From positions 1,444 to 65,443 of the forward strand of contig JAFGPD010000010.1 in the NCBI GenBank assembly GCA_016926185.1: 64,000 nt of DNA, given 5' to 3'. This stretch comes from Candidatus Woesebacteria bacterium (GTDB taxonomy: Bacteria > Patescibacteriota > Microgenomatia > UBA8517). The notes below the pieces were generated by a model. The model saw nothing but the letters and a program-made list of their open reading frames with translations, did not search any database and had not been told where the DNA came from. Position 1 is the first letter of the stretch. Each line of letters begins with the position of its first letter. Positions 47,009 through 57,725 of the stretch are shown in pieces. The position numbers and the translations under genes are program-made.

Positions 47009-47776
47009 TTGCTTGGAGTCTATTATATTAAGAATATGGACTTTTTCCGAAAGTCTGCATATTATGTAAATAGGGCAATGTGGAAAAAAAATCAGTTTTT
47101 AATTTTGTTGACAGTGGTTTTTGTTTTGCTGGCCAGTTTTGTAGTATTCGAACCGGGACAAAATAAAATTACAAAAGATCACTCCAACAGTCAACAAGTA
47201 CAAATGGGTTGTGTTTATCAGGATCTCTCAGGTGCGATCGACTATTCTCAGACAGTTGCGATTTTTAACGGTAAGCGAATTGATATACCCAGATATGCTT
47301 ACCTTGATAGTGTTGACAATAAGGTTTTAGGATTGGCCACAGAGGAGAGGTGGATCGAGGTTGATCTGTCTGACCAGAAGTTATACGCATGGGAAGGAGA
47401 TAGGCTTTTCATGGAAAGTCTGATCTCCTCAGGACTTCCCTGGTGGCCGACGCCGACAGGCGAGTTCAGGGTTTGGATAAAGCTGAGAGCAACAAGGATG
47501 GAGGGTGGGAGTGGTGCATATTATTACAATTTACCGAATGTCCCCCATACGATGTATTTTGCTAACGATGAAATACCTAGCTGGAGAGGTTTTGGGATAC
47601 ATGGAGCGTATTGGCACAATGAATTTGGCACTCCCCGCAGTCATGGCTGTGTCAACCTGCCTTTAGATGCTGCTGAAATGCTTTATTATTGGGCTACTCC
47701 AATTTTGCCTGAAGGTAAAACCTCAGTACGCTCAACCCTTGAAAATCCGGGTATAAGGGTGATCATCCATGAATAA
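47009..47776 (+). CDS. L,D-transpeptidase (YkuD family)
   Basis: TM anchor; catalytic HNEFGTPRSHGCVNLP. Confidence 0.75.
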   Translation: MLGVYYIKNMDFFRKSAYYVNRAMWKKNQFLILLTVVFVLLASFVVFEPGQNKITKDHSNSQQVQMGCVYQDLSGAIDYSQTVAIFNGKRIDIPRYAYLDSVDNKVLGLATEERWIEVDLSDQKLYAWEGDRLFMESLISSGLPWWPTPTGEFRVWIKLRATRMEGGSGAYYYNLPNVPHTMYFANDEIPSWRGFGIHGAYWHNEFGTPRSHGCVNLPLDAAEMLYYWATPILPEGKTSVRSTLENPGIRVIIHE

Positions 47777-47786
47777 CCTTTAGATT

Positions 47787-48260
47787 ATGGAACTTTTTAT
47801 AGCTTTCATTGCAAGTATACTATTGTGGCTGATGTTTGTTGGATTAGTGCTTTTATGGATAATTGATGGAAGGATAAAAAAAGAACAGGCACTTCACGCC
47901 TTTTTCTCGTCAACAACAGCTTGGACAGTGTCTCAAATGATAAAACAAATTTTTCCCAGACCGCGTCCGTATCAATTGAATGGCCATCAGCTTTTAACAG
48001 TAACACTTAATCATTATGATGGGTCCTTTCCTTCTACTCATGCGGCTTTGGCTTTTTCAATCGCTTTTGCGGTATATCTGCATTCTAAAAAACTTGGGAC
48101 CTTTTTTATGATTTGTGCATTTTTAGTGGCTTTAGGAAGGGTGTTAAGTAATGTTCATTATGCTGTGGATGTGGTGGGGGGTGGGATAGTAGGAGCAACA
48201 ACTGCATATTTTTTAGACAAACTTCATTTAGACAAGCTGATAGGCAAAAAGGGGAAATAG
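47787..48260 (+). CDS. PAP2-family phosphatase (undecaprenyl-PP/phosphatidylglycerophosphate phosphatase-like)
   Basis: KQIFPRPRPY, PSTHAA, SNVHYAVDVVGG = the three PAP2 motifs. Confidence 0.7.
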   Translation: MELFIAFIASILLWLMFVGLVLLWIIDGRIKKEQALHAFFSSTTAWTVSQMIKQIFPRPRPYQLNGHQLLTVTLNHYDGSFPSTHAALAFSIAFAVYLHSKKLGTFFMICAFLVALGRVLSNVHYAVDVVGGGIVGATTAYFLDKLHLDKLIGKKGK

Positions 48261-48316
48261 ATGTTTTCTACTTGACAATTAGCACTATAAACTTTAGACT
48301 GCTAAGAGTGTAGATT

Positions 48317-50758
48317 ATGCAAGAGATCGATAAAATTTATAATAATATTCCAGTTGTAGCTATCCGTGGCTCTGTCGTGTTTCCTCATACAGATACGATA
48401 TTGTCGTTCGGAAGGAAAAAAAGTGTCGCGGCTGTTAACAAATCCTTTCAAACAGATAAGGTGATCTCTATTTTCACTCAAAAAGACCCAAGAACTCAGG
48501 ATCCAAAAGCCGGTGACCTGTATTCCGTTGGTACAATTGCGACAATAACGCAAATGATGTCTACGGACAATGAGCTTCATGCTGTTGTACGAGGACAAGA
48601 AAGAATTAAACTTTCAAAAATCACATCCATATCTCCTTATTTGGAAGCTGAGGTGGAAAAAATCCAGGAGGATAAGACAGACGATCCAAAAGTCCAGGCA
48701 TTAGCCAAAAAGTTAGCATCACTTTTCAAAAAATCTATAAATTTGGGCAAACAAGCCGAAATAATGACCGTTATGAGATTGGTGTCGGGAAAAGTTGACC
48801 CGAATGAGCTTGCTGATCAGATAGCTTCAATTTTGGACATTACCACAAATGAAAAACAAGAGATACTGGAGACATTTTCTATTAAATCAAGGATCCAGAA
48901 AGTGATGAAATTATTAGCCCGTGAAGTGAATATATTGGATATTGAAAGGACGATCACCTCAAAAACCCAAAAGAGATTTGAGGATCAGATGAGAAAAGCG
49001 ATGCTTCGCGAGAAAAAAAGAACAATTGAAGAGGAGTTGGGTGAGGAAGATGAGGATGGTTCAGATGAGATCATTAGTTACAGAAAAAAGATAACAAAGT
49101 CCAAAATGCCTAAAGATGTCAAAAAGAAGGCAAAAAAGGAACTTAATAAGCTCTCAAAACTAAATCTACATAGTCCCGAGGTGGGATATATCAGAAATTA
49201 TCTTGATTGGATTACTGATATGCCTTGGGGTAAGTTAAGCACAAGTGATGTGGAGATCAAAAAAGCGAAAAAGATTCTAAACGATGACCATCATGGTCTG
49301 AAAAAAACCAAGGAAAGGATACTTGAGTATCTTGCTGTTATGAAAGTAAAGAAGAACAATGGAAAATCAGCAAAGAAAAATAAAAAAGAAAACATCCATA
49401 ATGTGCTGGATTCACAGCCGACAATTTTGTGTTTTATCGGTCCTCCGGGGGTTGGCAAAACATCTATAGGGAAATCTATAGCACGCGCTCTTGGCAGAAA
49501 GTTTGTAAGAATATCCCTGGGAGGAGTGAGGGATGAAGCAGAAATAAGAGGCCACAGAAGAACTTATGTCGGTGCGCTTCCGGGAAGAATTATTCAGGGA
49601 ATAAAAGATGCAGGGACAAGTAACCCCGTTTTTATGCTTGATGAGGTGGATAAGCTAGGTACTGACTTTCGCGGTGATCCAAGTTCGGCTTTGCTGGAGG
49701 CACTTGATCCCGAACAAAATAAAGAGTTCTCTGACCACTACTTGGAAGTTGCTTATGATCTTTCAAAAGTGATGTTTATCTGCACAGGAAATGTATTGGA
49801 TGATATTCCTCCTGCACTGAAAGACAGGATGGAAGTGATAACTTTTCCGGGTTACACTCAAGAAGAAAAATTCGGTATAGCAAAAGATTTCCTCTGGCCT
49901 AAGCAGCTTAGACTTCATGGACTTGATAATAAAAAGATCAAGATCAATAAAACCGCGCTTGATGAGGTGATCAACCGTTATACAAGAGAGGCGGGGGTTA
50001 GGGATCTAGAGAGGAATTTAGCAACAATTTGCAGAAAGATCGCCAGAAAGATCGCAGAAGGTAAAAAGTTTAATAAAACTATCACGAAGACAAGCCTTAA
50101 AAAATACTTAGGCCCGCAAAAATTCACTTCTCTAATAGCCGAGACAAAAGATGATGTGGGTATGTCTACAGGATTGGGTGTTACTGCAGCCGGGGGAGAA
50201 ATAATGTTCATTGAGGTTGCTCTTATGCCTGGGAAAGGAAAACTTACCCTGACAGGTAAACTGGGAGATGTTATGCAGGAGTCGGCAAAAGCAGCTTTTA
50301 CATGGACAAAGTCCCACTGGGATATGTTAGGTTTGAATGAGCGCTTTTCAAAAAACATAGATGTTCACATTCATGTACCTGAGGGTGCTGTGCCGAAAGA
50401 CGGTCCATCTGCAGGAATTGCCTTATCAACAGCATTGGTATCCGCACTGACCGGTATTCCGGTCAAACGTACTGTTGCCATGACAGGTGAGGTTACTCTA
50501 AGAGGAAGAGTTCTTGAGATAGGCGGGGTGAAAGAGAAGGTCATTGCTGCTCATAGGGCAGGCATTAAGACAATTGTTTTGCCAAAGGATAATGAAAAAG
50601 ATCTTGAAGATATCCCAAGTTCAACAAAGGAAGATATTGAATTTGTTTTTGCGAAACAGCTTGAGGATGTTTTATCTGTTTCCCTTAAAAAATGGCCAAT
50701 AACTGATAAGAATAAAAAACACTTTGATACTCGTCCCTCATTTCTTGCAACAAATTAG
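48317..50758 (+). CDS. lon: ATP-dependent Lon protease (LonA)
   Basis: LON N-domain, Walker A GPPGVGKTS, sensor region, catalytic PKDGPSAGIA ... K. Confidence 0.9.
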   Translation: MQEIDKIYNNIPVVAIRGSVVFPHTDTILSFGRKKSVAAVNKSFQTDKVISIFTQKDPRTQDPKAGDLYSVGTIATITQMMSTDNELHAVVRGQERIKLSKITSISPYLEAEVEKIQEDKTDDPKVQALAKKLASLFKKSINLGKQAEIMTVMRLVSGKVDPNELADQIASILDITTNEKQEILETFSIKSRIQKVMKLLAREVNILDIERTITSKTQKRFEDQMRKAMLREKKRTIEEELGEEDEDGSDEIISYRKKITKSKMPKDVKKKAKKELNKLSKLNLHSPEVGYIRNYLDWITDMPWGKLSTSDVEIKKAKKILNDDHHGLKKTKERILEYLAVMKVKKNNGKSAKKNKKENIHNVLDSQPTILCFIGPPGVGKTSIGKSIARALGRKFVRISLGGVRDEAEIRGHRRTYVGALPGRIIQGIKDAGTSNPVFMLDEVDKLGTDFRGDPSSALLEALDPEQNKEFSDHYLEVAYDLSKVMFICTGNVLDDIPPALKDRMEVITFPGYTQEEKFGIAKDFLWPKQLRLHGLDNKKIKINKTALDEVINRYTREAGVRDLERNLATICRKIARKIAEGKKFNKTITKTSLKKYLGPQKFTSLIAETKDDVGMSTGLGVTAAGGEIMFIEVALMPGKGKLTLTGKLGDVMQESAKAAFTWTKSHWDMLGLNERFSKNIDVHIHVPEGAVPKDGPSAGIALSTALVSALTGIPVKRTVAMTGEVTLRGRVLEIGGVKEKVIAAHRAGIKTIVLPKDNEKDLEDIPSSTKEDIEFVFAKQLEDVLSVSLKKWPITDKNKKHFDTRPSFLATN

Positions 50759-50972
50759 TATTTCTTCTTACGAATTATTTTACTCATTCGTTGGATATAC
50801 AAGATTTTTAACTTTTTCTGCCAATAACTATGAAAAAGCCATCAGTGATCAGATGGATTAGATTCGGAAAATTAATTCCACATGGATTTTAAGTATTAAA
50901 AATATTCCTAAAATATGGTAAAATACAAACACTTCCCGGGAAAAAAGTGGCTTTCTCCGGAAAAAGGAATAT

Positions 50973-51479
50973 ATGAGTTGTATTGGAAATATCAAGCAAG
51001 GGACTGTAATTATTGAGCGCGGAAAAGTATATAAGGTGTATAAGGTCAAAGAAGAGCAATATAACGGTGAACCTCAAGATGTGATGTACTACAAACCATA
51101 TTTTGATGATCCCACACAAAATGGACTCATCTGCTCAATTCCTGTGAATAGCATAAGAGAAGCAAACATCAGGGTCCCATCTACAAAAAAAGAGATCAAA
51201 GAAGTACTAAGTGACCTGAAAAAGCAGGTGCGACTGAGAAATATTCTCGATGCAAAAGATGCAAAGACGGCAGTTAATGAAAATGATATTGGTGAAACTG
51301 TATCAGTCATAAGGAAATTTTGGGCGGAAAAGAAAAAAAGGGATACCGGAAATCTTCCAAAATCAAAAAAGGATATTCTGGAATCTGCGATTGAGCAAGT
51401 TGCGCAGGAGATCGCGTATGTCAGTAACACTTCTTTAGAGAAAGCTTACGAGAAGGTGAATCATGCGCTAGATAATTAA
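50973..51479 (+). CDS. CarD/CdnL-like RNA-polymerase-interacting domain protein (tentative)
   Basis: N-terminal IKQGTVIIERGKVYKVYKV...IPVNSIREANIRVPST resembles the CarD_CdnL_TRCF domain. Confidence 0.4.
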   Translation: MSCIGNIKQGTVIIERGKVYKVYKVKEEQYNGEPQDVMYYKPYFDDPTQNGLICSIPVNSIREANIRVPSTKKEIKEVLSDLKKQVRLRNILDAKDAKTAVNENDIGETVSVIRKFWAEKKKRDTGNLPKSKKDILESAIEQVAQEIAYVSNTSLEKAYEKVNHALDN

Positions 51480-51598
51480 ATTCTTCGATCAAAAAGTGAT
51501 ATTGCTGTTTTTCTGAGACACAACCTCAATTCTTTGAACAAAAAGCTTGATATTATGTTGTGCAATACTCTAGCTTTTGTTAAGATTAAATTGCTTCG

Positions 51599-54500
51599 AT
51601 GGATGACAAAAGTAGAGACAACAATAACCACAGTGATGTGAACGATAATTTTGAATATAATCCTTCTGGATCTGTCGCGAGCGAAAACACCTCATCCGGA
51701 TTTTTCAAAAAAGCTTTTTTTGAAGGTAAGAACGAAATTTCAAAACTACTAATGCTTTTCAAAAATCTGAAAAACAAAAAATATCTGGTTGTATTATTAG
51801 TATTAATTCTATTTATTGGTTTAGTAGCATTAAAAAACCGACCTTCGAAGAAATCAATACAGGTACGGCAGGAAGAACAGGAAGAGATCACTTCAGAAGA
51901 TGATGGGTTTGAGAAAGTAGTTATCCCTGAACGCGAACAACCATTCTTCAAACTTGAAACGAAAGAAGTTAGGAGATTTGGAATATTGCCTGCAGAAGAT
52001 TTTGTGCTAAAGACCATTGAGCCCGTGACAGCTTCGTATATTAGATCAGTGATCGAAGATCCGGAAAATTTTAGTATTGAAGAAACTGGTGACAAAGAAA
52101 TTACGATAAAGAACCGGAACGCTCTTGATCTGGATGAGCCGATATCTATAGTATTAAACACTCAAGGTCAGCAATTGGGTGGCTATACTTTTGACCGTAA
52201 TTATAGTTGGGCTTTTCAGGCGCAGGGTAAATTTGCAGTAGCATCAACTGTTCCAGGAAACGAAAAAACGCAGGTGCCTGTGAATACAGGAATAGAAATA
52301 ACGTTTAATCAGGATGATTTTAAAGATCCTGTCAGATTAATTCAAATTGAACCTGAAATCCAATTCAGATCTCAGATCATTGATGAGACCTTTGTTGTTA
52401 TTCCCGATAAACCTTTAGATCACGAAACTGTATACACTGTCAGATTAAAAAGTGGTTTGAGACTCAATTCAAGAGACGACCAAATAAGCGAGGATTATGA
52501 ATTTTCTTTTCAGACTGAGGAAAAGAAAGAGCTTTCAAAACCCAAACCCTGGATCTCCATCCATAATAATTTTGTCCAGTCTTCTCCAACGGAGCCTTTT
52601 ATCACTAGGGTAAGTACAGCGAATTGGAATAATGATATTAAAGTAAATATAAAGGTTTATCAGTTTGGGAATGCTTCGGAGTTTGTAAGCTCAAGGGAGG
52701 AATACGATGAAGCAGTTCGCGATTGGCAGGTATATTACCCGAATAGGTATAAATTTTCGGAAGGACTGGGAGAGGTATTAAATGAAGATGTCAGCGTGCA
52801 GGAGGAAGAACAAATTCAATATATCCAATTGTCCAAAAATCTTGACCCTGGATACTATCTGATGGAATTTAGGGTAGAGGGAGAACTAGTATCTAATCAA
52901 GTATGGTATCAATCCTCAGAAATAGCAGGTTTCATTTCTTTGGGAAGAGATGATATTATCGTTTGGGCTAATAATTTAGCTTCAAAGTCAGCTATCAACG
53001 GAGCGCTTGTCAGGAGTATATCAACCGGAGGAACTTGGATCACAAATGCTGACGGTGTTGCCAAGTTTCCATCAGCGCTAGAATATTTCGATGAAGATAA
53101 CGATTACTTTGAGATATCTGATGCAGCAGGTAATTCTGTGGTCTTGCCGGTCGAGTCGCAAAAAGGAAACACCGGTCCGGGTGAGACTTCCGCTGATGAT
53201 TTCTGGTCTTATCTTTACACAGAAAAAATATATTATCTAAGTAACGACACTGTAAATATCTGGGGTGTGATCAAGGATAGAGATACAGGTGTTGTGCCCA
53301 ATGCAAGATTGGTTTTGTTTCATTCAGAAGAAATATATTCCGAGCCCCTAAGTCCATCAAGTGATGGTTCTTTTATCACCAAATTTCCGCTCAATGATGC
53401 TCCGGAGGGTTGGTATCAGCTTCAATTGAAAGTAGGAGATACTACAGTCGAGCAGTTAAGCTTCACGGTCAGACAGTATGTAAAACCTGACATGAAGATC
53501 GAAATAAGCTCCGACAAAAAAGCGATCTTTACAGATGAAGAGGTCAAATTTGAGGTAAAAACATCATTTTTCGATGAAACTCCCGGTGCAAATATCGACC
53601 TTAATGTCCATGAATACCAATCAGGTAAAAAGACAACCTCGAAAACCGATGATAATGGTGTTATTGAATACACTTACAGACCCAGCTATAAACAAGGATA
53701 CTATTACCCGAGGTATGAAGGTATTTCAGCGATACCCGGGATCACTCAGGAAAGTATTGTTGAGGGCAGTGGCAGTGTTAGAGTTTTTGGTCCGAAGATC
53801 ATGATGACAACCGACAGGGATCAAGAATCTGATAAGGCTTCGTTCACTGCGACCTTTAATAAAGTTGATCTGACAGGTATCAACAGCGGAACAACCAATG
53901 ATCCCAAGGGAGATCCTGTCGGTGGTAAAGATATTAATGTATTGATTGAAGAACACTGGACAGAAAGAGTGGAAACAGGATTTACTTATAGTTTCATTGA
54001 GAAATTAACTTACAAAACCTACAAATATGAAAGAAAAACTGAAGAGAAAGAAAATTTAACCCTTACCACCGACAGCTTTGGTGAAATATCTCATAACTTT
54101 GATATGACAATTGGCCGCTCTTATACTGTAGAGATTTCTGTGAATGACGAAGACGGCAAAAAAGTTGAAAGAACTTTGTACTTCTATGCATCCAAGTGGG
54201 TCGGAAGTTACGGGTATTATGGTAGTAGCAGCGAGGACACAAACGTTTATATTGATCTGGCTTTTGGCAGAGATACAAATGTCTATTCAGTTGGGGAGGA
54301 TGTATATGTCAAATTGACCCAGCAGGGAGATGATTATAAAAAATTAGATGATGATAAGTTTCTTTTTACTAAATCTCAAAGGGGCAGACAAGATGCTTTT
54401 GTTGAGGATGTCCCGCAGTTTTCTTTCCAATTTTCGCAAAGTGATGTTCCTAACACTTTTGTGAGCGCGGTAGTTTTTAATGGAAGGATCTACAAACGTG

Positions 54501-56809
54501 CTGAAGGATATTGTCAAACAAATTGGGTATGCGGAGGAGGATGGGGATATTACCATTATTACTATAGCCATAATACCTTCAAGGGTATTTATATAACACA
54601 TAAAAAAGAGGATAGTGAACTTGATATAGAAATTAAAACAACAAAAGCAAAATACGAACCGGGTGAGCGAGTTGATATTCAGGCTATTGTCACCAAGGAT
54701 GGTAATCCTGCCGGGGGAGCTAGTGTGAATCTTGCTATGGTCGATGCCGCACTAGCAGCCATTGGCGGTGTACGTGAACCCAGTGTTTTAGCAAGCGTTC
54801 ATGAGGCGATACCTCACCAGATATACTACGTTTATACCACTCATGAGCCAATAATTCCTGATACTCCGGGAGCAGAAAAAGGCGGTGGTGGCGGTGATAG
54901 GGATAATTTCAAAGACACAGCAGCATTTTATCAGGCACAAACTGATGGTGAGGGAGTGGCTAATTTTAGCTTTGAACTTCCTGACAATATCACGACATGG
55001 ATAGTTTATATGCAGGCAATTAATGGCAATCTGCAAGCCGGTCAGTCTGAAAGCAGCATTATCGTGACAAAGGATTTCTTTGTAACGTCAAAGTTTCCGA
55101 AAAATATCTTAGTGGGCGATAGTGCTTTTATTAGTGCAAATAGCTTTGGTGTGGCACTTAATGAAAATAGCACTATCGATTACTCAGTATTATTTAACGA
55201 CGGAGGAAGTGAAATAGATAGTCAGCAGGCTCAAGAAAAAGCATTTGTAGAGAAAGATTTTAGAATACCAGAACTTGAAGAAGGAACTTATGATGTTATT
55301 GTCAGAGGTAAATACTCTGATATGAATGACGGTGTTCGCTTACCTCTGGAGGTGGTTAATTCAAGAATAAGACAAGAATATTCGGTAAAACACAATGTGG
55401 ATGAGGGCGGTGAACTAAGTGATCTAATTACAGACGATCATCTTGAGGACGAACCAATAATGTTGGTGGTATCAGATGAGGGGAAGGGAAAGTTTTTCTA
55501 CACCCTTAGGGATTATTGTTATAGAGGTTGGAGCAATAGGTTAGAGAAAAGAATTGTTTCAAAGAGATCAGATACTTTACTGCGTGACAAATTTGACTAT
55601 GAGGAATGCCGTATGATCGAACCGTTTTTCTCGGAATTTCAGGGTGCAGATGGCGGTTTGTCTCAAGTTGTCTGGGGAGGAAGTGTACTTGACACATCTC
55701 TTTGGGCAGTAATAGTTGCACCAGACGAATTTGACCAGGATAAATTGGTTAAATATTTTGATGATGTTTACGAAAACAGTCAAGGTGACAGACTGCACAA
55801 GATAAGGGCTGGATGGGCTTTATCGCTTTTGGGAGAAAGTAAATTAAGGGAGCTGAAAGCAATGATTCCTGCTGCTATTTCATTTGATGAAAAAGTATAT
55901 CTTGGGATCGCACTTGCACAGCTTGGTGATAGGGAGGTTGCTAGAGGTCTTTTTCTTGATATTCTTGCTGATTATGCATATGAGCTTCATCCATACATAA
56001 GAATTGATTCAACACAAGACAGGGGCGCCAGTTATGAAGATTTCGTTGTTGAGACAAGTAAGGCCCTTTTGCTTGGTGAACTTGTGGATGATAAATATAA
56101 CGATCGTATGTATGAATACATCGATAATTACAGAGGAACCTTGCAAAATTATTTGATAGATCTGAGTGACATTGAGTATATTGATAACGCAATTGCGACA
56201 CTACCGGATAGTGACACACAGTATAGTTTGACCACGACTGCAGGCACAATTTCAGAAACACTCGACAAGGGAAAGAGTGAGTGGTATGAGCTTACTTCTA
56301 ATGATATTGATCAATTTGAATTTTCTTTGGAAACCGGAAAAGCTGATCTATTGGCAAAGTATCTTATTGATATAGATGTATTAAAAACTAAGAGTCAAGA
56401 CAAACGGCTTTCGATCAAACGTACTATAACTGAGGCCAAAAATGACGATGGCGTGATAAGACCGGGAGATATTGTCAAAATAACTTTAGAGCTGACACTT
56501 GATCTTGATAATGCGCCGAAATGTTCGTATCAAATAAAAGATTCGCTTCCTTCCGGTTTGACATATTTAAGCAGTCCTGGCAGTTTTGGTTTTAAAGATG
56601 CCTATTATGCAAGGGAAACTACCGGAAATACGATTGTGTTTAACACTTATAGCTCAAAATGGATATTCAAAGAAGGCAAGCAAGTTATAAATTATTATGC
56701 GAAAGCTTCGGCTGTTGGAGAATACAGAGCAGAACCGGCAGTCTTCCAATCGCTCAAGGAACTCACGGTCTTTTCGATGACAGATGAGGGAACTGTAGTG
56801 GTAGAATAG
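51599..56809 (+). CDS. Alpha-2-macroglobulin-family giant surface protein (1736 aa), membrane-anchored, apparently thioester-less
   Basis: N-terminal TM; LPDNITTWIVYMQAINGNLQAGQSESSIIVTKDFFVTSKFPKNILVGDSAF aligns by eye with the A2M-domain PDTITEW...FFV region; no CxEQ found (FQGADGGLSQ where GCGEQ would be expected). Confidence 0.55.
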   Translation: MDDKSRDNNNHSDVNDNFEYNPSGSVASENTSSGFFKKAFFEGKNEISKLLMLFKNLKNKKYLVVLLVLILFIGLVALKNRPSKKSIQVRQEEQEEITSEDDGFEKVVIPEREQPFFKLETKEVRRFGILPAEDFVLKTIEPVTASYIRSVIEDPENFSIEETGDKEITIKNRNALDLDEPISIVLNTQGQQLGGYTFDRNYSWAFQAQGKFAVASTVPGNEKTQVPVNTGIEITFNQDDFKDPVRLIQIEPEIQFRSQIIDETFVVIPDKPLDHETVYTVRLKSGLRLNSRDDQISEDYEFSFQTEEKKELSKPKPWISIHNNFVQSSPTEPFITRVSTANWNNDIKVNIKVYQFGNASEFVSSREEYDEAVRDWQVYYPNRYKFSEGLGEVLNEDVSVQEEEQIQYIQLSKNLDPGYYLMEFRVEGELVSNQVWYQSSEIAGFISLGRDDIIVWANNLASKSAINGALVRSISTGGTWITNADGVAKFPSALEYFDEDNDYFEISDAAGNSVVLPVESQKGNTGPGETSADDFWSYLYTEKIYYLSNDTVNIWGVIKDRDTGVVPNARLVLFHSEEIYSEPLSPSSDGSFITKFPLNDAPEGWYQLQLKVGDTTVEQLSFTVRQYVKPDMKIEISSDKKAIFTDEEVKFEVKTSFFDETPGANIDLNVHEYQSGKKTTSKTDDNGVIEYTYRPSYKQGYYYPRYEGISAIPGITQESIVEGSGSVRVFGPKIMMTTDRDQESDKASFTATFNKVDLTGINSGTTNDPKGDPVGGKDINVLIEEHWTERVETGFTYSFIEKLTYKTYKYERKTEEKENLTLTTDSFGEISHNFDMTIGRSYTVEISVNDEDGKKVERTLYFYASKWVGSYGYYGSSSEDTNVYIDLAFGRDTNVYSVGEDVYVKLTQQGDDYKKLDDDKFLFTKSQRGRQDAFVEDVPQFSFQFSQSDVPNTFVSAVVFNGRIYKRAEGYCQTNWVCGGGWGYYHYYYSHNTFKGIYITHKKEDSELDIEIKTTKAKYEPGERVDIQAIVTKDGNPAGGASVNLAMVDAALAAIGGVREPSVLASVHEAIPHQIYYVYTTHEPIIPDTPGAEKGGGGGDRDNFKDTAAFYQAQTDGEGVANFSFELPDNITTWIVYMQAINGNLQAGQSESSIIVTKDFFVTSKFPKNILVGDSAFISANSFGVALNENSTIDYSVLFNDGGSEIDSQQAQEKAFVEKDFRIPELEEGTYDVIVRGKYSDMNDGVRLPLEVVNSRIRQEYSVKHNVDEGGELSDLITDDHLEDEPIMLVVSDEGKGKFFYTLRDYCYRGWSNRLEKRIVSKRSDTLLRDKFDYEECRMIEPFFSEFQGADGGLSQVVWGGSVLDTSLWAVIVAPDEFDQDKLVKYFDDVYENSQGDRLHKIRAGWALSLLGESKLRELKAMIPAAISFDEKVYLGIALAQLGDREVARGLFLDILADYAYELHPYIRIDSTQDRGASYEDFVVETSKALLLGELVDDKYNDRMYEYIDNYRGTLQNYLIDLSDIEYIDNAIATLPDSDTQYSLTTTAGTISETLDKGKSEWYELTSNDIDQFEFSLETGKADLLAKYLIDIDVLKTKSQDKRLSIKRTITEAKNDDGVIRPGDIVKITLELTLDLDNAPKCSYQIKDSLPSGLTYLSSPGSFGFKDAYYARETTGNTIVFNTYSSKWIFKEGKQVINYYAKASAVGEYRAEPAVFQSLKELTVFSMTDEGTVVVE

Positions 56810-56816
56810 CTACAAA

Positions 56817-57623
56817 ATGAGTTTAATAAATTCCAAATTTAAGATAATAGTGTCAATATTGCTGATAATAATTATTTTAGTTGGATTATTTTACAAACAA
56901 AGAAAGGAACAAAAAGTATTAGGTGAATCGGATGATGAACATTTAGATATTCGTGGATTGGTAATACCTCACCATGACCTTGCTTTTGATCTAATAATTA
57001 GAGCTATTGAAAGTTCAAAGAAAGATACAGGTTACAGAAAAATTGTGATCATCGGACCCAATCATTACTATCCCAACAGCCCCTTTATAACAACCGGAGA
57101 TAGTTTGAGAGATTATTCAATAGACGAAGATTATGTTACGAAATTAGTCAGTTATGATCACGTTCATTTTGATAATGAAATGTTAGGAAATGAACATAGT
57201 ATCGGGATACCGATAGAGTACTTGGGCAAAGCATATCCCGAAGCAGATTTCATACCGATCATTGTTTCGCATTATTATAATGAGGAGTCAATGGACAAAT
57301 TTGCAGAAAAACTATCTGAAGACTTTTCATCTGAAACTCTTTTTGTAATGGCAGTGGATTTTTCCCACAATGTAGGTTTTGAAGAGGCGATGAGAAATAA
57401 CGATGATTCTATTTCTGCAATTGAAAGGTTTGATTATAATACTATCATTAATTTTGACGACAGATATATGGACTCACCTCTCTCAACAATACTGTTTTTA
57501 AATATTATGGAAAAATTGGGAGCAAAGAATTGGCAAACATATGACTCTTCACACGCAAGTTTGCTTAAGGGAATACCCAACCTTCAAGGGACAAGTTACG
57601 TGACAGGGGTTTTCTCGAAATAA
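56817..57623 (+). CDS. MEMO1-family (AmmeMemoRadiSam-B-like) protein, membrane-anchored
   Basis: VIPHHDLAF, IIGPNHYY, NEHSIGIPIEYL match the Memo PHAGY / GPSH / EHS blocks. Confidence 0.55.
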   Translation: MSLINSKFKIIVSILLIIIILVGLFYKQRKEQKVLGESDDEHLDIRGLVIPHHDLAFDLIIRAIESSKKDTGYRKIVIIGPNHYYPNSPFITTGDSLRDYSIDEDYVTKLVSYDHVHFDNEMLGNEHSIGIPIEYLGKAYPEADFIPIIVSHYYNEESMDKFAEKLSEDFSSETLFVMAVDFSHNVGFEEAMRNNDDSISAIERFDYNTIINFDDRYMDSPLSTILFLNIMEKLGAKNWQTYDSSHASLLKGIPNLQGTSYVTGVFSK

Positions 57624-57725
57624 TATACTTTATGTGGTGTTACAATAGATATCTAAAAGCGGTTACGCTAGTTTTCGAAAAAAAGTGAGGAGAAGTTTTT
57701 AATAAATTATTTAAATAACAGTAAA

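Noticed and set aside
51586-52161. 191-aa minus-strand ORF overlapping the start of the A2M-like gene
   Set aside because: Embedded antisense to a long, motif-supported gene. Ser/Phe-rich low-complexity translation typical of antisense frames.
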